From assembly GCA_002170535.1 (NCBI GenBank), contig NHDW01000004.1:250190-314189 (forward strand): 64,000 bases of DNA. Direction: 5' to 3'. Under the pieces are notes generated by a model. The model did no database searches and was not told the origin of the DNA. It was given only the letters and a program-made list of their open reading frames with translations. The translations under genes were made by a program, and so were the position numbers. Positions 9,609 through 19,783 of this stretch are shown one piece after another; the first letter of the stretch is position 1, and every line of letters begins with the position of its first letter. The DNA is from Methylococcaceae bacterium TMED69. GTDB lineage: Bacteria > Pseudomonadota > Gammaproteobacteria > Ga0077536.

Positions 9609-12551
9609 TTGGTTAACATCAAATCTGTAGTAAATTCCTTTTTATTAAAGTTTATTAGTTTGGAGAATGTATTGAGCGGTTTTACTGAAGAAAATAACAC
9701 TGAATTACAGAACCTTGGGATAGTAGTGCGAGAATTCTCACACGCTCCAACCACGGCTAGACACTTTCATTTAGAAGCTGAAGATGATAACAATGCATTT
9801 ATGGTAGGATTCCCAACTATTCCTGACGATTCCACAGGTGTCGCCCACATTTTAGAGCACACAGCTCTTTGTGGCAGTAAGAGATACCCCGTAAGAGATC
9901 CCTTTTTTATGATGCTCAGGAGATCACTTAATACATACATGAATGCTTTCACTGCTCCTGATATGACTGCTTATCCATTTGCCACGAAAAATAAAAAAGA
10001 TTTTTATAATTTATTAGAAGTTTACTTGGACGCGACTTTTTTCCCATTATTAGACGAACTTGATTTCCTGCAAGAAGGTTGGAGATATGAATTAAAAGAT
10101 TCTGGCGCAGTTCCTCAAATACTATATCAAGGGGTAGTATTTAATGAGATGAAAGGAGCAATGAGCTCTCCTAACTCTCAGCTTTGGCAGTATCTCCACT
10201 CTTCTTTGTTTCCAGATACCAACTACCGGTTCAATAGTGGCGGTGATCCTATTGAGATTCCTAATCTTACTTACGCACAACTTAAATCATTTCATCAAAA
10301 ACATTATTCTCCCGCTAATGCGGTTTTCTTGACTTACGGTGATTTGCCATATGAGAAACATCAAGAAAAATTTGAAAATTTAGTTCTTGACGAATTTAAT
10401 TCAGCGAAGGAAGTTGCAAAAATCAAATTTCAAGCTTCTTTCGATGAGCCTTCTCAAATCGATCATTTTTATTACCAGTCTAGCCTCGATGGTTCATCCG
10501 ACTTTGTTCTATGGGCATGGGTATATGGTTCTGTGACGGATCCGATAGACGTTGTAGAAATGAATTTAGTCACAGATATTTTAATAGGACACAGCGGAAG
10601 TCCATTGCAGGCTTATCTTGAATCGATTAAGGAATCAAAATCCCCTTCAGAATTAAACGGCGTTGATGATTCCTCAAGACAATTAATCTTTGCTTGCGGC
10701 CTAGAGGGTGTTTCAGCTAATGAAAAAAAAATTGATACATACGAAAATAGGATCTTCGAGATACTGCGGTCGTTAATAGAAAATCCCCCTAGCCGTGAGA
10801 CTTTGACAGCAACCCTTGACCGCTTGGAGTTAGATCAATCCGACTTAGGGGCTGGAAATTATCCCCTTGGACTCCAGTTGTTTGGGCGAATTTTGCCAAG
10901 TACAATCTATCGAGACGATCCTTTAAATTTATTCCGGTTGGAAAATATCATTGGGAGCCTAAGATCACGTTTAAGTGATGAAATTTTTTTCCCGAATTTG
11001 ATAAAAAAAATCTTTCTCAATAACAAGCACTGGACTAGAATTACGATGCGGGCCAGTATGGATGTGAATCCGGAGCGGTTGATCAAAGAAAAACTACAAT
11101 CAGTTACCTCGAGTTTTTCAAAGCTGGAAAAAGACAAGATTAAATCTGAGTCGAATCTTTTAGAAAAAAGACAGAACACAAAATGTAATGACAATATCCT
11201 TCCAAGACTCACCCTCAAAGATGTTCCTGCGGGAGCGCTTCTAATGGAGCCCTCTGATTTAAGCGAAGAAAACATAAAAGCTTTTGATGTGTTAAGTAAT
11301 AATATTTTTAGAATTAAGTTGGCTTTTCCGATCAGCAATCTAAATGACCAAGAGTTAAAACTATTACCAATTTGGTGTGAATTTATTACTCAGTTGGGTT
11401 CCGAGACAGATGGTTATAGGTTGGTTCAGCAGAAACGAGCGGCTGTTGGCGAGTTTGAAGTAAATTGTCATTTTTCATCAAGGGCAGATGAGGGGAGTAA
11501 TATAAGTGGATTCATAACGGTTAGCGCAAAAGGTCTTAATAGGAAAATTGATGAAATCGTGACGGTTGCAGCAACTCTAATTCAGACGGCACGCTTTGAT
11601 GAAAACGAAAGACTGGTTGACTTGCTCATGCAGGCCAGCAATGAATATGAACACTCTGTGGTGCAAAGAGGTCACTATCTTGCGATGCTTTCAAGTGCTA
11701 GACATCTTAATCAATCAAGTGGTCTTGAAGAGATGTGGTCAGGTTGCAGCTTTATTAATGACCTAAAAAAAATTGTTTACGATGATCAGAAAAAAATGGA
11801 GTGTGACGCCGTATTTGAAATTTTTAGGTCTATCAAAAATAAAGTTCTGCAATCAGAACCACTAATCATGTCGGCAACTGATAGGCAAAATTTAAGAAAT
11901 TCGGTTACTACTATCAAGTCTTTCTACCGGTCTTTACCCTCTATTTCTAGCGAAATTTTGATTAATGAGAAAAGCTTTGAAGAGCCCATGAGCTGGGTTA
12001 TTGAGTCAAACGTGAACTTTTGTGCTGCCAGTTATAAAGCAGTTCTGGAAAGTGACCCTGATGCTGCTGTTTACTCTGTTTTAGGTAAATATCTCCAAGA
12101 TGAGTATTTGCACTCAAAAATAAGAGAGAAGGGAGGAGCTTATGGCTCAGGTGCAAGCTATTCTCCTTCTGGAGAATCATTTAAGTTTTTTTCTTATAGA
12201 GATCCAAGGCTGTCTGGAACAATACAAGATTTTCGGGAATCTATTAAACATTTTTTAGGTTCAAAATGTAATTCTAAGCGTTTGGAAGAATCTATTCTAG
12301 GTGTTATAAGAAACTTGGATGGTTCGAGAAGACCAGTTGCAGAAGCTTCGAGGTCGTTTAACTGTATACTCAACTGTAAAACCGATGATAGCTTAAAAGA
12401 ATTTAGAGAAAATGTCTTACATACCGACTTCAATAGGTTAAAAAGGGTTGCAGAAAATTTAGTCGGTCAAAAACCGAATATTTCGATTATTTCCAATAAG
12501 GCACATATTGAAGAGTTGAGAAAAAACAAGTTTTCTTTTGATAAAATCTAG
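9609..12551 (+). CDS. M16C family zinc metalloprotease (presequence protease PreP / peptidase M16C-like). The start codon is uncertain.
   Basis: Inverted zinc motif HILEH in FPTIPDDSTGVAHILEHTALCGSKRYPV, almost identical to PreP/Cym1 N-termini. Length ~980 aa, typical of M16C. Confidence 0.8.
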   Translation: MVNIKSVVNSFLLKFISLENVLSGFTEENNTELQNLGIVVREFSHAPTTARHFHLEAEDDNNAFMVGFPTIPDDSTGVAHILEHTALCGSKRYPVRDPFFMMLRRSLNTYMNAFTAPDMTAYPFATKNKKDFYNLLEVYLDATFFPLLDELDFLQEGWRYELKDSGAVPQILYQGVVFNEMKGAMSSPNSQLWQYLHSSLFPDTNYRFNSGGDPIEIPNLTYAQLKSFHQKHYSPANAVFLTYGDLPYEKHQEKFENLVLDEFNSAKEVAKIKFQASFDEPSQIDHFYYQSSLDGSSDFVLWAWVYGSVTDPIDVVEMNLVTDILIGHSGSPLQAYLESIKESKSPSELNGVDDSSRQLIFACGLEGVSANEKKIDTYENRIFEILRSLIENPPSRETLTATLDRLELDQSDLGAGNYPLGLQLFGRILPSTIYRDDPLNLFRLENIIGSLRSRLSDEIFFPNLIKKIFLNNKHWTRITMRASMDVNPERLIKEKLQSVTSSFSKLEKDKIKSESNLLEKRQNTKCNDNILPRLTLKDVPAGALLMEPSDLSEENIKAFDVLSNNIFRIKLAFPISNLNDQELKLLPIWCEFITQLGSETDGYRLVQQKRAAVGEFEVNCHFSSRADEGSNISGFITVSAKGLNRKIDEIVTVAATLIQTARFDENERLVDLLMQASNEYEHSVVQRGHYLAMLSSARHLNQSSGLEEMWSGCSFINDLKKIVYDDQKKMECDAVFEIFRSIKNKVLQSEPLIMSATDRQNLRNSVTTIKSFYRSLPSISSEILINEKSFEEPMSWVIESNVNFCAASYKAVLESDPDAAVYSVLGKYLQDEYLHSKIREKGGAYGSGASYSPSGESFKFFSYRDPRLSGTIQDFRESIKHFLGSKCNSKRLEESILGVIRNLDGSRRPVAEASRSFNCILNCKTDDSLKEFRENVLHTDFNRLKRVAENLVGQKPNISIISNKAHIEELRKNKFSFDKI

Positions 12552-12590
12552 CCCTTCGCAACTGGAGCTGTCCTGAAGATATTTTAGCCT

Positions 12591-13628
12591 ATGGACAAAA
12601 TTTTAAAGCAGTGCCAATCAGTTTTAAACGATCAATACAATATTGGTGACTGTATAATAGCGTCTTTAGATGGAGGTTTAGTAAACAAGTCTTTCTTAGT
12701 TAAAGTCTCCGGAAAACCTAGATTTGTTTTGCAAAAGATAAGCGATCAATTTGAAAGTACGGTAACTGACAAGATAAATATAGTTTCTAAACACCTAATT
12801 TCAAAGGGAGTCGATGCGCCACAAATAATCCCAACCACCAATAGAGAGTTGGTTTTTAAGGGATCCTCAGGAAATTGGCGTCTGTTAGAATTTATTAACG
12901 GGTTCTCAAAAAAAACCGTAAACTCAGTTGAGGAGTCCGTTCAGCTCGCAAGATGTTTAGGGCAGTTTCATCTATATATTCAAGACTGTAAAGGTATAGA
13001 AAAGAAACTTAGAAGAGAGCGTGGAGCTGAAACTCAATTAAAAAAACTGCAAGCTGCTTTCAACAAATTTCCCGATCACGATAGCATAAAAGCGGTAAGG
13101 ATGTGCGCGAGTGCGGTCCAGAAAAATCAAAAATACCTACCTTCTTTGCAGCTTTTTCCTGAGCGTATTCTCCACGGAGATCCTAAGGTCTCAAATTTTT
13201 TATTCGCAGAGCGTGGTTCAGTTGTCAAATGCATGGTCGATTTTGATACCGTGGGTTGGGCGGAATTATCGTGGGAATTGGCGGATGCATTTCGATCATG
13301 GTGCAACCCTTCGTCAGAGGATCAACTAGCAGGAACCTTTGATCTGCAGATATTTGAGGCCTCTATATGTTCATATGCGGAAACAGTCGAGACATCTTTT
13401 CCCGTTGAAGAAATCATTCACTCTCTTTCTGCAACCGCTCATATCTTTCTAGAATTAGCTTTGAGATTTTTGGTGGATGCTATAGAGGAGGAATATTTTG
13501 GTTGGGATTCAAATAATTTTAATAGCGCATCATCTCACAACTTGGTCAGGGCTAAAGGACAGATTTCTGCGTGTGAGTCTTTATTGGCTAACTGGTCAGA
13601 AGCAAATCAAGTACTGTCAAATCTCTAA
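12591..13628 (+). CDS. Phosphotransferase enzyme family protein (APH / choline-kinase-like small-molecule kinase)
   Basis: Brenner-type catalytic motif ILHGDPKVSNFLF (HGDxxxxN) and a downstream D-x-D region (VDFDTVGW). Length 345 aa. Confidence 0.6.
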   Translation: MDKILKQCQSVLNDQYNIGDCIIASLDGGLVNKSFLVKVSGKPRFVLQKISDQFESTVTDKINIVSKHLISKGVDAPQIIPTTNRELVFKGSSGNWRLLEFINGFSKKTVNSVEESVQLARCLGQFHLYIQDCKGIEKKLRRERGAETQLKKLQAAFNKFPDHDSIKAVRMCASAVQKNQKYLPSLQLFPERILHGDPKVSNFLFAERGSVVKCMVDFDTVGWAELSWELADAFRSWCNPSSEDQLAGTFDLQIFEASICSYAETVETSFPVEEIIHSLSATAHIFLELALRFLVDAIEEEYFGWDSNNFNSASSHNLVRAKGQISACESLLANWSEANQVLSNL

Positions 13629-13760
13629 TAACTTAAATTTCAACCACGGATAACGTGAAAAGCATTTATTTAATTTTTAAGCTTTAGGGCATAACCTGTA
13701 TTTTTTTTACAGGGTTTAAAAAAACAGTTATTGTGTAGAGAAAAGTTGGAGTAGGTTGTT

Positions 13761-14813
13761 ATGAGTTTAAATTTTGGCTTGTTTTTTCCATTCAGAAATC
13801 CACCAGAATGGGGTATGCCTTGGGGTGAATTTTATGAATCGCAAATGCGTCTTGCAGAAATTGCGGAAGATTTAGGGTATGACGAAATTTGGCTATCAGA
13901 GCATCATTTTTGCGATGATGGCTGGTCTCCCTCGCTTTTTCCTATAGCGGGAGCCTTAGGTCAAAGAACTAAAACAATTAGGATCGGTACTTTTGTTCTA
14001 CTTTTGCCCCTTGGAAAACATCCAATTCAAGTCGTGGAAGATGCAACAACAGTGGATATTCTGTGCAACGGCAGATTTGATCTTGGGGTCGGCTTAGGAT
14101 ATCGGGTTCCCGAATATAAAGGGTTTGGTATATCTCGAGACGACAGGGCAAAACGAATGGATGAGGCACTGGAAATAATTCATGGGGCTTGGAATAATAA
14201 TAACTATTCATTCCATGGAGAACATTTCACGGTCGAAAATGTTAACCTCTCTCCTAAGCCTGTTCAACAGCCTCATCCGCCAATGTGGACTGCAGCAATG
14301 AGTAAAGTTGCAGCTAACAGGGCAGCTAGATTCAATTGTCACGTTGCAGGTACTGGCGGAGAAAATCTCCAGCAATATTTTGATGATGCATTGGCTGAGC
14401 AGGGAAAAAAATCGGAGGATTTCAATGTCGGCCAACTTCGATTATTTTACGTCGCCCCAACACGTGATCAAGCTTGGGATGAGGCGCAATATCATGCACA
14501 TTACATGATGGAGGCTTATGATAAATGGCTGAAAGAAGCGGCAGATGTCCAATGGTTTCAAGAGACAATGTCTGTTTCATCAATGCCATCCCCCGAAGAG
14601 TTAAGACATAACAAAGACCTAACTTTCTTTGAGGCCCCTTTAGTAATTGGAACTCCTGAGGATGCTATTGCGGAAATCGAGAGATATCAAAAATCGAGTA
14701 GGGTAACGCATCTAGTGATGTGGATGCAGTTAGCGGGTATGGAACCAAAAAAAGCTGAAGCTTGCATGCGTCTTTTTGCCAAAGAGGTGATTCCTCACTT
14801 CAGCAAAAATTAA
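13761..14813 (+). CDS. LLM-class (luciferase-like) flavin-dependent oxidoreductase
   Basis: Bacterial luciferase-like TIM-barrel signature (LAEIAEDLGYDEIWLSEHHF..., GRFDLGVGLGY). Length 350 aa. Confidence 0.8.
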   Translation: MSLNFGLFFPFRNPPEWGMPWGEFYESQMRLAEIAEDLGYDEIWLSEHHFCDDGWSPSLFPIAGALGQRTKTIRIGTFVLLLPLGKHPIQVVEDATTVDILCNGRFDLGVGLGYRVPEYKGFGISRDDRAKRMDEALEIIHGAWNNNNYSFHGEHFTVENVNLSPKPVQQPHPPMWTAAMSKVAANRAARFNCHVAGTGGENLQQYFDDALAEQGKKSEDFNVGQLRLFYVAPTRDQAWDEAQYHAHYMMEAYDKWLKEAADVQWFQETMSVSSMPSPEELRHNKDLTFFEAPLVIGTPEDAIAEIERYQKSSRVTHLVMWMQLAGMEPKKAEACMRLFAKEVIPHFSKN

Positions 14814-14882
14814 TATAGATGGGAGGGTGGCTTTGGAAAATTTAAAAAAAAATCACTTATCTTTATTTCTTTCGCTTTATGA

Positions 14883-15956
14883 TTATAGTTTACTAATTAC
14901 TTCGTTACTGAATTCTCTAATTAATTCTCTGCCGTCTGTTCCACAGACATTTAGGGCTATATTTGTTACACCTGCATCTTCAAGTTGTCTTATTCTGTCC
15001 CGCACCTCTCCTGGCTCTCCAGTAAGGGTTGCCGCTTTTATTAAATCAGGAGTAAGGTATTTCTCTTCGCCTTTTTGTAAAAAGGTTAGATGTCCCATGT
15101 GCATTTCTTGGAAGCGTTTTTCAAGAGGTGTTTTCATTTTCATTATATGGTTTTTAAAATATTCTTCTGCCTGTTTTTTGAATCGAGCGGGCGCGAAAGG
15201 ACCTGCTCCCATATTTTCAGGACTCCATGCTGTGTGTAATAAAAGGATTGCAAAGGGTCCGATTTGTTTTATTACTCGAGGCGACATCATATTTTCACCC
15301 GGTCTCAATATGCAGCCTGATGTGAGGTTAGTTGTATAGATTTTTGATAATTCTCGCCCTGCACTTTTTGCGGCTTGTTGAATTATTTTTACTCCGGATG
15401 ATATATGCTCAGGATCAAGTCCAATTGTGACCCAGCCATCACCCATTTGGCCCGTAAATTCGAGTGCTTTCGGCCCATTAGATGCCATATGAATTGGAAT
15501 TTCATCAGACACGTTAATGTAACCGCTTTCCGGATTTAAAAATTTAATCGAGCGTTCAATCTTCCCTTCTCTATAAGTCGCTTCTTTTCCAACCAATAGA
15601 TCACGAATTACCTTGATGTGTTCTTTCATTGTCTTAAGTGTAATAGGTGGCATTCCCATAACGTTTCTTCCCGTAAATCCGGTCCCAACTCCCAGAATTG
15701 TACGACCAGGAGCCAATTCATTTATTGTTGCGATAGAGTGGGCAGTTACTGGTGCAATTCTGTTTCCTAAAATTGCAACTAGTGGGCCGATTTTAATATG
15801 ACGAGTATGAAGAGCCGCCAGTGCCATAGAGGCATAAACATCGCTGTAGCACATTTGAGAGTCATAAAACCATGCATGGGTAAATCCACAATCTTCTGCC
15901 ATTTTAGCATCGTGATAAGCTCTAATATAAGATGGAAAAGTGATTCCAAAATCCAT
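14883..15956 (-). CDS. LLM-class (luciferase-like) flavin-dependent oxidoreductase, paralogous type
   Basis: MDFGITFPSYIRAYHDAKMAEDCGFTHAWFYDSQ...GRTILGVGTGF pattern of the LLM family. Length 357 aa. Convergent with the previous LLM gene. Confidence 0.75.
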   Translation of the reverse strand: MDFGITFPSYIRAYHDAKMAEDCGFTHAWFYDSQMCYSDVYASMALAALHTRHIKIGPLVAILGNRIAPVTAHSIATINELAPGRTILGVGTGFTGRNVMGMPPITLKTMKEHIKVIRDLLVGKEATYREGKIERSIKFLNPESGYINVSDEIPIHMASNGPKALEFTGQMGDGWVTIGLDPEHISSGVKIIQQAAKSAGRELSKIYTTNLTSGCILRPGENMMSPRVIKQIGPFAILLLHTAWSPENMGAGPFAPARFKKQAEEYFKNHIMKMKTPLEKRFQEMHMGHLTFLQKGEEKYLTPDLIKAATLTGEPGEVRDRIRQLEDAGVTNIALNVCGTDGRELIREFSNEVISKL

Positions 15957-15984
15957 TTTAATCTCCCCTTTCTATAATTTTAGT

Positions 15985-17004
15985 TTAAGACTTAATCTTC
16001 TGTAAAGTGTTAATACCTACTGCCTCTCGAATTTCTTTAATAAACGGTAGAGATATCTCTCTTGCTTTGCTCGCCCCCTCGATCAAGTACGATTCAATTT
16101 TTTCAGGATCTGACATCAACTCATTATATCTATCTCTGGGTTCTGCCAGTTCATTATTTATCAGAACGAAGAGTTCTTTTTTAGCTTCTCCCCAAGATAT
16201 GCCATTTTGGAATTTATCACGCATTTCGTCGATTTTTGGTTGATGAGCAAAAGCCTTCCAAAATTGAAAAACGAGTGAATCGTCTGGATCTTTTGGTTGT
16301 CCGGGTTCGAGAAGATTAGTTTTGATTTTATTTATATTTTTTTTAAGTTGTTTTTCGGATGCAAATATTGGGATTATATTGTTATAACTCTTACTCATTT
16401 TCCGTCCATCCAATCCAACTAAGGTGTCTACATTTTGATTGATTTTTACCTCAGGAAGTTGGAAAACTTGACCATAGAGGTGATTGAAGCGTTGGGCAAT
16501 ATCTCGAGCCATTTCTACATGTTGGATTTGATCTCTCCCAACAGGTACAGTATTGGCCTTAAATAGAAGTATGTCTGCTGCCATTAATACAGGGTAGCTG
16601 AACAATCCCATCGTTACACCAAAGTCGGCATCTTCATTTCCCTCAATATTAGTTTGTACAGTACTCTTATATGCGTGAGACCTATTCATTAGGCCTTTGG
16701 AGGTAACACAATTTAATATCCATGTTAATTCTGCTATTTCTGGGATGTCAGATTGCCTATAAAAAATGGCATTATCCGTGTTTAGTCCCAAGGCTAACCA
16801 ACTAGCGGCTATCTCTGTTGTTGATTTATAAATAAGATTTTTATCTTTATTTTTAATAAGTGCATGATAGTCGGCGAGGAAAAAAAATGATTTTTGATTA
16901 GCAGAGTGACTACTTATGACCGCAGGTCGAATAGCACCAACATAGTTCCCTAGATGAGGAGTGCCCGTTGTAGTTATGCCTGTAAGTGTTATTTTTTTTT
17001 CCAT
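15985..17004 (-). CDS. trpS: Tryptophan--tRNA ligase
   Basis: Class I motifs TGTPHLGNY (HIGH-like) and KMSKS. Aligns with E. coli TrpS throughout. An A9 run sits in codons 2-5 (MEKKITL). Confidence 0.9.
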   Translation of the reverse strand: MEKKITLTGITTTGTPHLGNYVGAIRPAVISSHSANQKSFFFLADYHALIKNKDKNLIYKSTTEIAASWLALGLNTDNAIFYRQSDIPEIAELTWILNCVTSKGLMNRSHAYKSTVQTNIEGNEDADFGVTMGLFSYPVLMAADILLFKANTVPVGRDQIQHVEMARDIAQRFNHLYGQVFQLPEVKINQNVDTLVGLDGRKMSKSYNNIIPIFASEKQLKKNINKIKTNLLEPGQPKDPDDSLVFQFWKAFAHQPKIDEMRDKFQNGISWGEAKKELFVLINNELAEPRDRYNELMSDPEKIESYLIEGASKAREISLPFIKEIREAVGINTLQKIKS

Positions 17005-17057
17005 TGAATTTTATGTAAATTTAATTTTCATTTAATAGCTTTTAGCCCTTTGATTTG

Positions 17058-17141
17058 TGCCGGGAGAGGGACTCGAACCCACACATAGTTACCTATACCA
17101 GATTTTGAATCTGGCGCGTCTACCAATTTCGCCATCCCGGC
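17058..17141 (-). tRNA. tRNA-Leu (anticodon CAA), type II with long variable arm
   Basis: Reverse complement is GCCGGGATGGCGAAATTGGTAGACGCGCCAGATTCAAAATCTGGTATAGGTAACTATGTGTGGGTTCGAGTCCCTCTCCCGGCA. It has a 7-bp acceptor stem, anticodon loop TTCAAAA and T-loop GGTTCGAGTCC. Confidence 0.85.
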
Positions 17142-17197
17142 ATATTTATTTTTATTATATACTAATAATTTCGTCTTACTATCAAAAGTATTTATCT

Positions 17198-18235
17198 ATG
17201 GATTTAACAAAATTTGATTTTGAATTGCCAACAGAACAAATTGCGCAGTTTCCAAAAACTGACCGAGCTTCGTCCAAACTTCTGGTAATTTCTAAAAATG
17301 AACCTTTCTATGTGTCAAAATTTCTTCGGATTATGAAGTATTTGAGACCCAACGATGTAGTTATTCTAAATGATACCAAAGTAATACCAGCTCGCCTCAT
17401 GACCAAAAAGAAATCAGGTGGTAGAGTGGAGATATTCTTAGAAAGAATTATTAATCCAACAAGAGCCCGTGTGCGGTTAGGTGGAAACATCAAAAATTTA
17501 ATCGGGAAAAGTCTGATAGTAGATGAAGAAGAAAAAGTAGAAGTAGTTTCGGAAGAAGGGGGTTTCTATCTTATTGAAGCATTATCGGGTTCTATATTAG
17601 AAATTCTTTTACAATTCGGGCAGGTACCCTTGCCTCCATATATTAAAAGGAAACCAAAAAAAAGAGATGAGGAATTTTATCAAACGATCTATGGAACTAA
17701 GTTGGGAGCTGTGGCGGCTCCAACAGCAGGCTTACACATCACAGAAAGGTTTTTTGAGGAATGTAAAAAAAATCGGGTTAAAATTGGGTTTCTGACACTA
17801 CACGTAGCGTCCGGTACTTATCAACCAATAAAAACGAATAATATTGAAGATCATCACATGCATTCTGAATATTTCGACATTTCAGAAAAGACCTGTAAGC
17901 TTGTTAGAGATGCTCGCCAAACGGGTGGTCGAGTAGTAGCAATAGGAACTACGGTATTGAGAGCTCTTGAATCATTGTATTTATATAATCCTAAGCTATT
18001 ACCTTTCAAGGGAGAAACAGATATTTATATAAAACCGGGGTTTGATTTTTGTGTAGTCGATACACTAGTAACAAATTTCCATTTGCCAAAATCCTCTCTT
18101 TTTGTCCTTGCATGTGCTTTTGGAGGTATTGAGCGAATGAAGCAAGCGTATGCTTTTGCCCTGAATCAAGACTTTAAATTTTTTAGTTACGGTGACGCAA
18201 TGTACATAGAAAGAAAACGCGGCGAACGAGTTTAA
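17198..18235 (+). CDS. queA: S-adenosylmethionine:tRNA ribosyltransferase-isomerase
   Basis: MDLTKFDFELPTEQIAQFP... aligns with E. coli QueA MRVTDFSFELPESLIAHYP. I placed the start at the ATG at 17198. The ORF-track start at 17057 would overlap the tRNA. Confidence 0.9.
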   Translation: MDLTKFDFELPTEQIAQFPKTDRASSKLLVISKNEPFYVSKFLRIMKYLRPNDVVILNDTKVIPARLMTKKKSGGRVEIFLERIINPTRARVRLGGNIKNLIGKSLIVDEEEKVEVVSEEGGFYLIEALSGSILEILLQFGQVPLPPYIKRKPKKRDEEFYQTIYGTKLGAVAAPTAGLHITERFFEECKKNRVKIGFLTLHVASGTYQPIKTNNIEDHHMHSEYFDISEKTCKLVRDARQTGGRVVAIGTTVLRALESLYLYNPKLLPFKGETDIYIKPGFDFCVVDTLVTNFHLPKSSLFVLACAFGGIERMKQAYAFALNQDFKFFSYGDAMYIERKRGERV

Positions 18236-19336
<1,101 letters not shown>

Positions 19337-19397
19337 TAATTTTTAGACTGTGTTAAACTATCTCAACTGATATTAAAACAAGGATTTAGGAAATTCT

Positions 19398-19724
19398 ATG
19401 GATTTTATAATAGCTAATGCGTTCGCACAGACGGCTGCAGAATCGCAATCCCCAGGTATTGGCCAATTTATCCCTCTGATTTTATTATTTGTCGTCTTTT
19501 ATATTTTTCTGATTAGGCCGCAAATGAAACGTCAAAAGGAGCACACCAGAATGATCAAAGCTCTAGAGGTTGAAGACGAGGTTGTAACTAACGGAGGGTT
19601 GTTGGGCAAAATCAAAGAGCTGGATGAAAGCTTTTTAAAAATTGAGATTACAAAAGAGGTGGCAGTAAAAGTCCAGCGACAGGCTATAGCGCAGGTTGTT
19701 CCCAAAGGGACTTATAAAAAATAA
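19398..19724 (+). CDS. yajC: Preprotein translocase subunit YajC
   Basis: 108 aa, single TM helix, IRPQMKRQKEHTRMIKALEVEDEVVT motif. Immediately upstream of secDF. Confidence 0.9.
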   Translation: MDFIIANAFAQTAAESQSPGIGQFIPLILLFVVFYIFLIRPQMKRQKEHTRMIKALEVEDEVVTNGGLLGKIKELDESFLKIEITKEVAVKVQRQAIAQVVPKGTYKK

Positions 19725-19783
19725 TCCAATCAGAATGCATTCTAAAAATACAATACTAACCATTTTTATTTTGAGGAAATAGA

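Noticed and set aside
10907-11338. 143-aa antisense ORF inside the M16C protease gene
   Set aside because: Same reasoning. The sense strand is clearly coding (HILEH protease homology continues through this region).
13650-13690. Hairpin CCTGTA-T8-TACAGG after the APH-like gene as a possible terminator
   Set aside because: A 6-bp AT-rich stem with a poly-U loop rather than a trailing U-tract. The thermodynamics are too weak to call.
14827-15339. 170-aa + strand ORF overlapping the 3' half of the second LLM oxidoreductase
   Set aside because: The minus-strand LLM gene has clear family homology over this span. The plus-strand ORF is low-complexity and begins in the convergent intergenic region with no RBS.
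17057-17197. N-terminal extension of queA (ORF-track start 17057)
   Set aside because: It would be translated through the antisense of a canonical tRNA-Leu gene. QueA homology only begins at the ATG at 17198.
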